Source of the DNA: Phoronis australis
Taxonomy: Eukaryota > Animalia > Phoronida
Direction: 5' to 3'
Length of the DNA stretch: 64,000 nucleotides
Assembly (NCBI GenBank): GCA_002633005.1
Contig: NMRA01000353.1
Location: forward strand, 411,532 to 475,531
Shown: in pieces, positions 12,915 to 47,600 of the stretch
Layout of the letters: each line of letters begins with the position of its first letter
Position numbering within the stretch: position 1 is the stretch's first letter
Made by a program: the position numbers and the translations under genes
The notes under the pieces: model-generated
The model's input: the letters and a program-made list of their open reading frames with translations, nothing else
What the model was told of the DNA's origin: nothing
The model's database searches: none

Positions 12915-13015
12915 CGCCAGTAATAGTAAAAGACGACTTGTATTTTTTGTAGAACAGCGACCGGAAAAACAGTAGCCAAATAATACGTACGAATAGTACA
13001 CAAATAATGGCGAAG
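12915..13015 (-). repeat. 5' LTR of the Gypsy element
   Basis: Direct repeat of 6208-6327; immediately followed on the minus strand by TGGTGGCA (PBS-like) and then the gag ATG. Confidence 0.7.
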
Positions 13016-13379
13016 GTTGGTTACGGTTGGAGTCTGTTTGGTGATAAATTTCAATTATTCTTCCGAGAAATAGAGACAGGAGAGCATAGCCGTATGTTGT
13101 AATTTTAGACTTGCGAATTTTTTTTCAGTTCTAAACACAAAACGCTCGGCAGTGCCAGGGGCTCGAAACCCAATCAAGCCCGTCGCGACATGGATCAGCC
13201 GGGTTAGTCGGCTGCGAAAATTGAAAACTAAACTTCCAGTCACGAAAAGACTAGATTAGTGAACCCGATCGGGGGCCGCGAAGCCAGATTCCCCTTCCAC
13301 GGCGTCAGAACCGCCCATCATCGCGCACTACAAACGACCGCGCGTGGCTTGAAAATTCAGTTGACACGGCAGCCTATTT

Positions 13380-13690
13380 AGTGAGTCACTCTCATTTTAG
13401 ATAAGTTCATTTTTGAAAAAAACACGTCATTTCTCAGTGTAAAAACCAAACCTCGACTTTGTTTTATACCTTCGACAGAATGTTAACACGTCAGGTTACA
13501 TGCCTGTCGTTTTGTGGCTCATCTATTTTCCGTACAATGAAGATACTGAGCAGCAAACGCGATGAAAACCCGCAAAACCAATTGTTGACTACGTAAGCAG
13601 CACAATTAAGTCCCACATTTTTGTTGTGCAATTTGCCCTGTTTTGTTACCGCGCATCCGAATACGTCATTCGGCTAGGGCAACGTTTCAT
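13380..13690 (+). repeat. Dispersed repeat, inverted copy at ~45620-45915
   Basis: AGTGAGTCACTCT...CTTTGTTTTATACCTTCGA... matches the reverse complement in SYAP1 intron 2. Confidence 0.6.
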
Positions 13691-15369
13691 GGATTTTTTT
13701 CGACAAGATGCTTTTCAAACGTCGAGTGAAGTTGCAAAGTTTGGGTTGCGAACAAAAAATTAGAGGAGTTTGCACTCAGAGTTATTTTGGATCTTTGACG
13801 ACTTTAATAACATCATATAGCAGGTCGCGGATACTTTTTCAACGAGCAGTTTCACGCTTTTCACAATACACTTAGCTATTCAAATGCACGTGTCGGTCAG
13901 AGAGCACTGATTCAAGTTTCACCGACGTCGGCAACTAACATTGCGCTCTAGAGCCTTTCAGTGGCGGTCGTAAGAGTTAAACGCCATGTAAGAAATTTGC
14001 GAGAATTTAACGTCGCAGGTAAGAGCATAATCTAAACATTTTCTTGATGGTCTAAAAATTAACTTTGGGCTCGAAAAAATGGCGGTAAAATTTTGCGACC
14101 TGTCATTTATGAAATATGCAGCTGGATTTTGAAAATGTGATCTGGGAATTTGGCTAGGTCGCAAAGTGCTACCTGGCAATTTTCATAGCGTTGAGCCCTG
14201 TTATTATTTATTTCACTATCAAATAACGATTGCGTAATATTTGGAATCACTAAGGTTTTATATGCTCACACTTGTTAAGTGTATCAGTTGTAGTGTTTTC
14301 TTTAAAACCGCAATATATTTACAAATTGTTTCTTTTCCTGATTATACTTATACACATAGTTCTCCAGGAAGTCACTAGGTGGCGCTTGCTACGAATTTAA
14401 ATATCCAAGGTTTTAATGACACAAAGCATCTTTAACATGCTAAATAAGATATTCCTCATATCCACTTAGTCCAAATCCTGTTGCTGTTAAAACAATGCAT
14501 TAATCAACTTGTCGGTGAGACACTTCGTGAACATTCAGTAAGGACTGTGAGAACAGGTTGTTCAGAGTCGCGTTCAGTTTGCGGAAGACGCGCGAGTGTT
14601 TGTGCACGGGACAGCCGATGATGTTCAAATAGTGTCGTTTAGTTCCTGCTATGCATTAGCATAGCTAGGACCATGCAATTACACTTTTAAGGTTACGTCG
14701 GAAGTCCTCGAAAAATGTTCAAATTTGCCAAATTTTGGAACATCATATCTCAGAAATGGCTGATGGGATTCATACGCCGGAAACACACCACAAACTTTAC
14801 TAAAAACACGGGGATACATGATCCAATTAATAACTTGAGACTGGTGTAAAGTACATCAAATTTTAAAAGTATTTTCTTTCAGAAAACATACTTTTACCAC
14901 TTTAAAAATGAATTTGGCTAAATACACTGACAAATCGATAAGGTACTACATAAAACTCCCGTCGTCGCAGTTTTTACCCTCGCCTATACCGAACCTGCGC
15001 ACATTTTGGCCTCCCTCAGAGTCACTTACATTCTTCCGCCGGCTGATCGCGACCGTTTCTTGTACAGTAAATACATAAACGTTAGGTCAACCTCGGAGAA
15101 AATGGAGGAAGTATCAGGTCAACTGTTACGCCTGTTTGTCCACTCATTGTTCGACTTTCTTTTTCCATTAAAATACGAATACCCTTCGTCCACCTGCTAC
15201 TTTCTGACCAACATAAGGGGTACGTAAAAGGTGCCCTTCATAACCATAATACTTTATGGGATTCTGATGTGAGACAATCGTTACCCATGGACCCCAGCAC
15301 ACGGTCCCCGTAGCATAGTGCCTTATTGAGGTTTTGTAAGACAAGCCAACCGTCATATCATGAAACTTA

Positions 15370-15573
15370 CAGACAATATTCTTTATCGACTCTTCTCTAC
15401 AACGCTGTTAGGAATCGTTTTAAAAGATTCTACGTTTGTACACGGGACTTTTAAATATAAGACTTTTTATGATTTTATAGATATACTTGCCAAGTGTTGA
15501 GGGGCCCCCACGGAAAGCAGTATGAACTGGTGGGCCTACCCTCATTGTAAACATTACATTAATAAATAATAAA
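15370..15573 (+). mobile_element. Short LINE (CR1/L2-like) 3' end
   Basis: GGGGCCCCCCACGGAAAGCAG...CTGGTGGGCCTACCC stem-loop-type 3'UTR followed by an AATAAATAATAAA tail. Confidence 0.45.
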
Positions 15574-16619
15574 TGTTGCACAAAACGAAAACGAAATGAT
15601 AATTTAGAAAACTGTTACAGCGTTATTTAAATTTCTTCTTGAATAATACCATAATAATAATTTGGTCATATTCTGTTTTGCTACCAAAAAAAACTGCAGA
15701 TTGGTATAGAGGAAACAATCAAATTCTGCAGGCTTTCTACTTTCAGAAAATGTATAATTTTCCGACTTAAAATTTAGTTTTAGATAATTAAGTAAATGCA
15801 GACTTGTCGATAAGGTCCTACACGTACCCCACAGATAAAGTGACGTCGAATCAATACAGTTGTGAACTGAAACTCCAAAACAGACACTGGTTAGATGACA
15901 TAAAACCGGGGCTAAAACTAGTGCAGTCGAACGTCGTTACAACGTACCCTAGATGTAATATGACACTTACACTTTCACGTACCGATTATAGCAAATGCAT
16001 GAAATCTACCCGAAACGTAGACTTGGAAGGTCCCCTCTGGCGTACGTTGAGGAAAGATGTGAAATTTGTGACAAGTCGAATGAAATATACACTTGAAGCA
16101 ATTTGTAATATTTTTGCTTAAAGATGCTATAAGCACATTTTTTGTCAAAAACCGTCTTTTGATTACAAGCAATGAAACTGGTCTCGACCGGTTCTTCACT
16201 AAGACAACCGCGTTCCTGACTTGGCAGCAACTGACAGTTTGTTATTGCATGATACTACTGGACTCGCCAAGTCTCAGATTTATAAGGGTGAGGGGGCTAC
16301 TGGAAGTCCGGATCAACACTTAGATTTTGTAATAGTATAACTGCTACTTGACAGTCCCATCATCCTCATAACGTCCATTTTCTGGCTTTTGTAATTTTCA
16401 ATTGATACGCCTCGGGCGTCCACAGGGGCGAATGCAACAGAACAATTTGAGATTTTTGGTTGCACTGTCTCTACAGTGAACAAGGACTCAAAACTTTTTA
16501 TTGGAAACTGTCCCTGACAGAGGGCGCTCATGAAAATGCAACTTTATTTGGCACAAATGTAATTAAAAGTTTAACATGACTTTAGAGTTGACGCCAATTA
16601 GTGACATATCCTTATATAG

Positions 16620-17590
16620 ATGGAGGATGCCGGGATAAACAGAGTTATCCAATAACCCATGTAGGCAAAATGAAAACACGGGACCAGCTGACAACTGTTA
16701 TAAACTAGGAACAAGGTTTAGACCATAACCACAAAGAAGATACAGACTGAGGTAAACGTAAAAAACAAAAAATCCCACTAGGGTGCACACGGAAAGTCCG
16801 ATCCGTTCGAAAGTCGTCGTACTCTGCTTGCAACTTCATATATATACACCAGCAAAATTCAATACAGGTCCTTCAGAGTATTTAGGAAATACAGCCATGG
16901 GGAGCAAAAACAAACAAAACTACCACTAGAAGGCGCAACAGTAGTCAAAGTCGTCGGAAAACCATTGCCAGCCACCCTCTTCATGCGCGCACCCAGGGGG
17001 GAGGGGGGAGGGGGTCTCGAAGAAGCCCCCCATTTGGCGAAGTGGGCAAAATGGTCCGCCCAGCACAGTGATGCTCACGTTTCTTTATTAGTCCGCCCGC
17101 TCTTTTGTTAGGAAAAGGTCCACAACGTCAGGAATTCGACCCCCCATATTTAAGGCTGGGTGCGTGCATGCACTTCACAGTAAGAAAATATTTGTCAATA
17201 ATCAAAATCATCCCTACAGCAGTTTGTTTGATAGAAATGCGGACTCCAAAAACAGACTCGAAAACAGTAAAAATGGCCACTAGGAGGCGCAAAACACCTT
17301 GAATCCATCCGAAAACGGGAGGATAGCGTCATCTCACTAATTTTCGCATAACTGCCTAATTTTATGAAAATCCGTTGAGGACTTACGAAGACACAGAGGT
17401 AAGTGTAAAAAACTAAAATTGCAACTAGGAGGCACACCTGCAGTCGGAGATAAGAAATTTGTCGTCATCCGTCGTCAGCTTCATAGGAACACGTCTGCCA
17501 AATCTAATCAAGATCCTGTAAGGGGTTTAGGGCATACAGCAGCGGACGCTTGACACCGGACGCCCAGACAGATGACGGCAGTATGGGGTC
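16620..17590 (-). mobile_element. Helentron-associated (HINE/DINE-1-like) non-autonomous repeat
   Basis: Reverse complement of the family at 61979-64000 (GCCGTCATCT.TC...CGTCCG...CAGGATC head; repeated CCACTAG(G/A)AGGCGC units). Confidence 0.6.
16982..17170. mobile_element. Second copy of the CATGCGCGCACCCAG MITE
   Basis: TIRs CATGCGCGCACCCAG / CTGGGTGCGTGCATG; flanks CTCTT / CACTT; shares CCCCCATTTGGCGAAGTGGG with the 2311 copy. Confidence 0.7.
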
Positions 17591-18005
17591 AAACACTGAG
17601 TTGGGCCATTTTTTCGACTGGAGAGGGGTGAAGGTATTGCGCATTGAATCCAACTGGTACAAGCTTGGGGCAAGAGCATCAACACAGATCACCATACACG
17701 ACTTCAGCATCAACATGGGTGGTGTGGTGCTCCACCTTCTCAGACTCTACCAGCAATTACTGAGCCCCCTGCATTCAGCAGACGCCTCGGAAACGTGCCA
17801 CCCATGCTACCCGATTTCGGTAAACAGTGAACAAGATGGCGGGTCATTGAAAGAATCTCGACAGTATCCTTTGATTTTCGCTGAGTTTGGTTTGATCCCT
17901 ACTGGCCTGTTATTACAATAGCAGGCTAGCTGTTACAGTCTAATGAGGATTGTCAAAAGCAGCGCTTTTACTGAATAAAATATTTCCAAGTAAATATGGA
18001 AATAT

Positions 18006-18061
18006 TTTATTTTTTACTTCATTGTGTGACATTTTATGATTAATATTTTATTGTATTTATT
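18006..18061 (-). terminator. Candidate taxilin polyadenylation signals (three AATAAA on the minus strand)
   Basis: TTTATT on the plus strand at 18006, 18047 and 18056, about 450-500 bp past the stop. Confidence 0.4.
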
Positions 18062-18203
18062 TGAAAATAACTATCAACTTTGTCACTGTCACTCTCACGC
18101 ACACACAGGACTGGACAGGAGCAAACATTTAAAAGTGGCTTCCATAATCAACTTCCATCAGGTTAACATAGGAAAGTGTATTTGTAATGATCTCTTTCTC
18201 TTT

Positions 18204-18327
18204 AAAACATTACAAGATACAAAGCTGAATACCTAATCATGCACATAAACAGTGTTTCCTCAAAACATTACAAGATACAAAGCTGAATACCTAATCATGC
18301 ACATAAACAGTGTTTCCTCAAAACATG
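18204..18327. repeat. 58-bp tandem duplication in the taxilin 3'UTR
   Basis: AAAACATTACAAGATACAAAGCTGAATACC...GTTTCCT(C) twice. Confidence 0.92.
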
Positions 18328-18502
18328 CCACAGGACAACCTTACTTCCAATCTACATGTTCTTGCTGAAAAGTCAAGTTCTAGCACAATTTCTTATTTTT
18401 TAATTGACAGGACATTATTTCTAACCCATTTAAGCTCATACACACTACAACTACTACAAACAAGCACAGCAAGGTCGACTAGATTGAACTCAACAGATGA
18501 CA

Positions 18503-41154
<22,652 letters not shown>

Positions 41155-41410
41155 GTTGTGACGTCATATACGAAACTGTGGCGTTCGAAGTCAAACGTAA
41201 CAAAAAAATGTAAACTGCTCACAATAACATCCATCATCAACACTATATCCGTGTAAAACTGTTTAGAATAACATAAGTATTTTTGTTAAATGAAGGTAGA
41301 ACAGTTAATCAAAATTGGCATACGAAGCTGTTTCATGGATATAAAATCATAAATCATATTTTCAGGACACTGTCGACGTTTGTTTTGGTTGAAAGTTTCT
41401 GAACACACAA
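41155..41410. promoter_or_regulatory. Putative bidirectional promoter / 5'UTR region between taxilin and SYAP1
   Basis: 256 bp between divergent ATGs; perfect CRE palindrome TGACGTCA at 41159-41166; YY1-like AACATGGC overlapping the taxilin ATG. Confidence 0.6.
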
Positions 41411-41699
41411 ATGTTCAAATCCGTTGGGGAAAATTTAAGTAGTTGGTGGGGTGGAGGAACTACAGCTATAAACAAAGAAGGCCAAAAAAGTGAGGAGAAT
41501 GCTGCTCGTGAGGAAGCGAATGACAGTAAATCAGATGCAGCAGCCACTTCAGCCAATGCAAAAAATGAGAATAATCTCGATGACGATGTCGATGATAACA
41601 AACTGGGAGACCCTGGCGCAACGTCAGCGAACGAGACAAAAGATACGACATCCGAAGATGCGCAAGCTGCTATAGTTAATACAGCTAAGGAGTGGGGAA
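41411..41699 (+). CDS. SYAP1: SYAP1 coding exon 1 ([14 protein letters not shown]...AKEWG)
   Basis: ORF 41411..41707; A|GTATGT donor, phase 1; SSW motif like the SYAP1 N-terminus. Confidence 0.88.
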
Positions 41700-44600
41700 G
41701 TATGTGAATCAATGAAGCCAATTGGGCATGTGGGTGATATTGTTGTAGATGTGCTTCTGTCTGGTGAATCATGAGCCTCTGTTAGCTACTCGCTAACGGG
41801 CAATTGCCTATTAGCTGAATGGTTAGCACGCTTCCCGGTTTTATAGGGGGTCGCTGGTTCGATCCCCGGGTCGGGTAATCTCGGCTATTACTACAATATG
41901 CTGTCTTAGTATAAAAATCCACCTGTCCTGGGGCTGGAGTGGTACTGAGCCCGGCGAACTGTTAGGCAATTACATCACCCTGAATGCTGCAGACATGCAG
42001 GGGCGATAGTACATCCCCATAAAAAGTTATTCATTTCAAAATACAGCAAATAAAATTGAATGAAACATGCATATATTATGCTCATGGAGTTATAATTAAC
42101 ACATACCATGACTCTGGATACAATTTCGTCACTGGTAAGGAAGTAAAATGTTTATTTTACATCGGTATAAAACAGGTTAACAGCAAAACAGTATGAGTAG
42201 TGCTAGTGACCGATTAGACAGTGACCACCATCCTACTGGCGACTGGAGCTCCTATAGGTGCTTCGTATGCCGGAAGGTTTTTGGCAAATTATGCCTCACA
42301 CTGACTAAAACATCAAAGCCACGTTGTCATAAATACCTTTTTCGGATAGAGGGACACCGTAGGAGGCCGTCGATGTATTTCATTCCTTCTAACTTGAACA
42401 AATACTCCCGTTATCTAACTTTTCCTTCAAGCAGTTCCTCGTTTAGTTCCCAAAATCGGTAACCCACCATTTTTAATACTGCGTGCAGCAGGTGGTATGA
42501 CGTTATAACCCCTGGCGTGTGCAGTGCTAGAAATGNGTCCAATTTAAAAAATTTTACTATCGTTATTTTAGTCTCGAAAAGAGCTTTCTAATGATGTATA
42601 TTACATGCACATTTTCTAAAATTTTTGAAAAATGCTGTCCTCCCTAATACAAATATGAGCCTCTGTTAGCTACTCGCTAACGGGCAATTGCCTATTAGCT
42701 GAATGGTTAGCACGCTTGCCGGTTTTATAGGGGGTCGCTGGTTCGATCCCCGGGTCGGGTAATCTCGGCTATTACTACAATATGCTGTCTTAGTATAAAA
42801 ATCCACCTGTCCTGGGGCTGGAGTGGTACTGAACCCGGCGAACTGTTAGGCAATTACATCACCCTGAATGCTGCAGACATACAGGGGCGATAGTACATCC
42901 CCATAAAAAGTTACTCATTTCAAAATACAGCAAATAAAATTGAATGAAACATGCATATATTATGCTCATGGAGTTATAATTAACACATACCATGACTCTG
43001 GATACAATTTCGTCACTAGTAAGGAAGTAAAATGTTTATTTTACATCGGTATAGAACAGGTTAACAGCAAAACAGTATGAGTAATGCTAGTGACCGATTA
43101 GACAGTGACCACCATCTTACTGGCGACTGGAGCTCCTATAGGTGCTTCGTACGGCGGAAGGTTTTTGGCAAATTATGCCTCACACTGACTAAAACATCAA
43201 AGCCACGTTGTCATAAATACCTTTTTCGCATAGAGGGACACCGTAGGAGGCCGTCGATGTATTTCATTCCTTCTAACTTGAACAAATACTCCCGTTATCT
43301 AACTTTTCCTTCAAGCAGTTCCTCGTTTAGTTCCCAAAATCGGTAACCCACCATTTTTAATACTGCGTGCAGCAGGTGGTATGACGTTATAACCCCTGGC
43401 GTGTGCAGTGCTAGAAATGGTGGTGCCAGTAGAGACAGTGGTCACAGTCTAGTGACTGATATAAAATGAGAAATTGATAAGTGGGCAGTTCCATTTGTGA
43501 CGGACGTACAATCAGAGAACATTTTGATCAATTGTAAAAAACTGTGCATTCTAAGAAAATGAAGGTCAATGATAGGTATCATTGATAACTTTCAAAGCGT
43601 GTATTAACTTTTCTCCTATCCTTTTATGACAGAAAATTGTCTCTAAAGGGGTGTGATGGACGTACGCAGAGAATTTGAAGTTTTGAAAAAAAATTTTTAA
43701 CGTTAATTTTCTGTGAGTTGCATTTGGTTACAATATTTTGTGTTATATGATGATTTATTTCACTGTTTGCAAAGTACAAAACACTAAATTTTTTGATGAT
43801 ATCTTCTAAGAAATTTTCGTAAGACAGCTCGATGTAAGTTGAGTGTTTGTGACGGCCGTCCGTGACGGATGTACCCTCTGAATTTCTAGTATTAAATTGT
43901 TTGTTGTGACTAAGATATCAATTCAGAATGATTCAAACTTTTGCAGTATTTACTATACGGTAAGCTATATTGGTCTTTTGCTACTGATTCAATGTTTTTT
44001 AACCAAAATGTACCGATTAACTTTTGCACGAAATCATGACTGGCAGACCTATACTGGGAATGGGATTTTAACTTTTCAGTACATTCGATTAAAGACATTA
44101 AATAACCCTCTAAAACCCTCACTTCCCTTTGAAGATGGTAAGCAATGTTGAAGGGATTGGGAGTGAAAATTTGTATTTGAAACCTGATGGTTACCAGGAC
44201 TGTTTGTATGCGTTGAGTACTAATTTGAAAACAAGCAAATGTGACTTTTGAAATATAAAATATGAAATTAAGTTTTAAAACATTACCAATCATTGTAATA
44301 AAAACACATTGTAATGAATTGTTTTTAATTAGAACTAGTCCTATGGTTGTACATTTGAAACTTATTCTCTGGTCCATGTCGTTGATGGTTCTGGTGCATG
44401 CCCATGTAAATAATTAAGGTAAAAGTATTAGTAACAGGACTTCTTCTTATAACAAAGTGTGAAGCCTGGTTTAGTTGACAGTATTGACTTGTGGCATTTA
44501 TATTTTGATTAAAAAAAAAACGGTGCTGTCTTTCAATGTGAAAACAAGACATTTTATATTCAGTGCATTTAGAATTATGATTTGGGAATATGCCCCACAC

Positions 44601-47600
44601 TGATTGAAAAATCAAAGTCACGTTGTTATAAGTACCTTTTGCGCATAGAGGGACACCTTAACAGGCCGCTGATGTCTTTAATTCCTTCCAACTCGAACAA
44701 GCACTTCTGTAGTCAAACTTTTCGAGCAGTCCTTCGTTCAGTTCCCAAAATCTGAAACTGGCCATTTTTAACACTGCCTGATAGGTGGTATGACGTCATA
44801 TCTTGTGGCGTGCGCTGTGTCAAAGAGTTTGTCCTGGAATTTGGACACTAATTGCAAAATCCTAACCCTTTACCCTAATTAAACTTTACACCCCTTAAGA
44901 GACCTATTCAGTTTGAAAGAATATTTAATTAAGATAGTTACAACAAAGCACAGCAGACTTCTAGGCATAGATCTGTGTTTAATTGCTCAGTTTCAACCAT
45001 GTTTACAGTTACTAGTCAGCTACTTGTGTACATGTATATAGTCTATGTTTTGGATTTTGTCATGAGCCAATGTGGTTGTAAGTAATGATTGCTACTTTGC
45101 ACTAGAGTTGGCTAAAGCTTCACTTTCATAATGTTTTCCAGGTTATTTATTCAATGTAACCAAGGCAGCCACAAAGACGGTAACGAAGACTGCCAAACAA
45201 CTTAAAACTAAAGTAGAGGACGCTCACCTACTCGACCGTGCAAGTACCTCACCATTCACGGCTAACCTCTACAGCAATAAGCAATGCAATTTAGTATCTA
45301 TTTAGGTTGTACATTTGAGTTTGAGCTACATAAGGCCCTAGAGCACAAGGCTAGTTGCTGACGTGAAGGTTGAATCAGTGCTCTCTAACTGACACTCATG
45401 CATTCGAGTAGCTAAGTTTACAATGTGAAAAGGGAGAAAATGCCTGTTGAAAGGTCGGACCTGCTATATGGCTGTCATCAAAGTCGTTAAAGATCCAAAC
45501 TAACTCAGAGTGCGAACTCCCTCTATGTTTTGTTCGCAGCCCAAATTTTGCAACCTAACACAACGTTTGAAAAACATCTGTAGAAAAAAATCCATGAAAC
45601 AATGCCCTAAGCGAATGATGTATTTGGATGCGCGGGAAAAATTCAGTGCAAATTTCACAACAAAAATGTGGGACTTATGCTGTTTCCGTACTCAATTAGT
45701 TTTCTGTACGGGTTTCCCTCAGGTGATTCGATTTGCTCCTCAATACCTTCCATGTACGGAAAAAATAGGTCAGTCACAAAATGACACGCATGTCACTAAT
45801 GTTAGCTTTCTTTCGGAGGTATGAAACAAAGCCGGGGTTCGGTTTTTATGTATTGTGAAGACGTTTTTTGAAAACTGAATTTGTTAATGTATAAAATAAG
45901 AGTGACTCACTAATAAATAGACTGTGTGTCAATTTCAAACCACGTGTGGCCATTTGTAGTGCGCTATTATGGGCAATAGCCTGAACTGTGGGCGCTTAAT
46001 TGCAAATTCTCGAAAGTTGAGGGTGGATGCTTAGTAGAGCAGTGAGCGCTTATTATGAAACACTTCAAAGGTATGGAGTAGGTGCATGCGTGAGCATAGT
46101 CGTTTACTTGAGTGTTTGCAGTAATAAGATATTGAAAGACTGCAATGATAAGAAACGTTATTAGCAACGCAAACTCCATCTAGTAGGGGTGACTTTCTGG
46201 GTATTGTTACCGCCTACACTTTACCCTTTTTAGCCACCCGGAGTAGTTTTGTTTTTAATTGCCCGCTTCAGCTGGAACAAGATTTTTTTCTATTGGAATT
46301 TGAACATTTTACGTTGACGGTGGTCCGGAGAGCGAAAAATTGCCAGGGGGGATGTATGAAGTGAAGAATAAAAAGTTCGCTCACCACAATTTTGCATCTA
46401 CTCGACGTTTAGTTGCAATAGCTGGCTATGGGCATAGAATATCAGGTTTAGGGAACATCGACCCCAGGAAACATCAGAACAGGGAAATATCAGTTGTGGG
46501 TTATATCGGTCCCACGGAATGTTGTAAAACATCGGGTCTTTTATAAGTTCATTTTCAAATAAACCATTGGCACCCGAATGCTTAGCAGAACCAAAACGAC
46601 CGGTATACTCTTTCATGTAGGACTGTCGCTGTTCTCTTTTGATGTGCAGCTTTGGAGTGGTGTGCACATTTGAGTTCACGCACTTGAATCACTGGAGTAG
46701 GCCTCCACCTTACGTTGACAACAAGGTTGTGAATGAAAAATCATATTTAGCGCACATAGTCCCAGAAACAAGTAAAGGGGTTTGAGAATTTCTTAGCAAC
46801 TCAAAAACTGCTTCGCTGAAAGTAAAGACGTACCCGTCATTTAGCGATTAATAGGGTTATCATTTTCACTTTTGCTGTCTTATACGATAAAAAAAAAGAC
46901 GCACATTTCTAAGTCACGATTGTCTGCCGGGACAACTTGCGCGCTAACAACGGGACCAACCAATGCTGCAGTGCGATATAAGGGATATTGTTGTGGATAT
47001 TTGGTATATGTAATAAGGACATCTTAAGCGAAAAATAAACATGTTTTTCCACCACAAACTTTAGTAAGTTGATCGCTTAAGAATTAGTAAAAACACCGCT
47101 GTTTTGTGACGTTTTATCACGTGTTATGCCGTGTCCCGAAACTCTTCGGTGAATCCGGAAATTTGCAAAAGTACCCGGAAACGTTAGCCAATGAAACGTG
47201 TCAAAGATCGATTCTGCATTATCCCAAACTACCATGATGGTAATAAATGAAAAACTGGGAACCCCAAAGGTCTCTGCCCTTTGCAGTGCAAACTTTGGGT
47301 GCTTATCAATGCTCTACATTGCTCTTGTTTAATTTAAGATGTAGAATTATATTTAGCACTGGAGTGTCCTACTTTAAGGTATGTATAAAGCAGTGTGTTA
47401 ATCCAAAAGTGACATCTCTGAGCTCTATCTTAACCGCCAATCAAAACAAAGCGTTAGCTTGCTATTTTCACGACTCGATTTTTTTAACAGTCGTAGCATT
47501 AAATCCAAACTTTCAACAACCTAGATTAAGCCTTACTCATAAATTACTTAGCATTATTCAAAAGTTTTTGAAGATTGCACATTGAACTTGTATCACTTCT

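Larger units (their letters stand above)
6208..13015 (-). mobile_element. Decayed Gypsy/Ty3 LTR retrotransposon (gag-PR-RT-RNaseH-IN) with short LTRs
   Basis: Gag from 12893 ([23 protein letters not shown]), protease [25 protein letters not shown]...KLADDLY, RNaseH WLPCEVEALAI/TDSKPC, integrase H..HP..C..C, FAADV, IRTD, NPVAEKAIEEL. Gypsy domain order; many frameshifts. Direct repeats at 6208-6327 and 12915-~13015, TGG PBS-like start at 12914. Confidence 0.92.

Noticed and set aside
41806-41880. tRNA gene (also 1793-1852, 34720-34790, 42690-42765)
   Set aside because: A and B boxes are present but acceptor and anticodon stems do not close, and the sequence runs on into SINE-like bodies.
42193-43346. 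Duplicated 89-aa ORFs (42193..42462, 43077..43346; related 40265..40468) as a small gene family
   Set aside because: They lie in arms of a foldback repeat and in an assembly overlap; other arms are frameshifted.
43481-44598. Sola-like TIR element with repeated GTGACGGACGTAC motifs
   Set aside because: Terminal match is weak (GTGGGCAGTTCC versus GGAATATGCCCCAC) and no TSD is visible. Probably a TE remnant but not callable.
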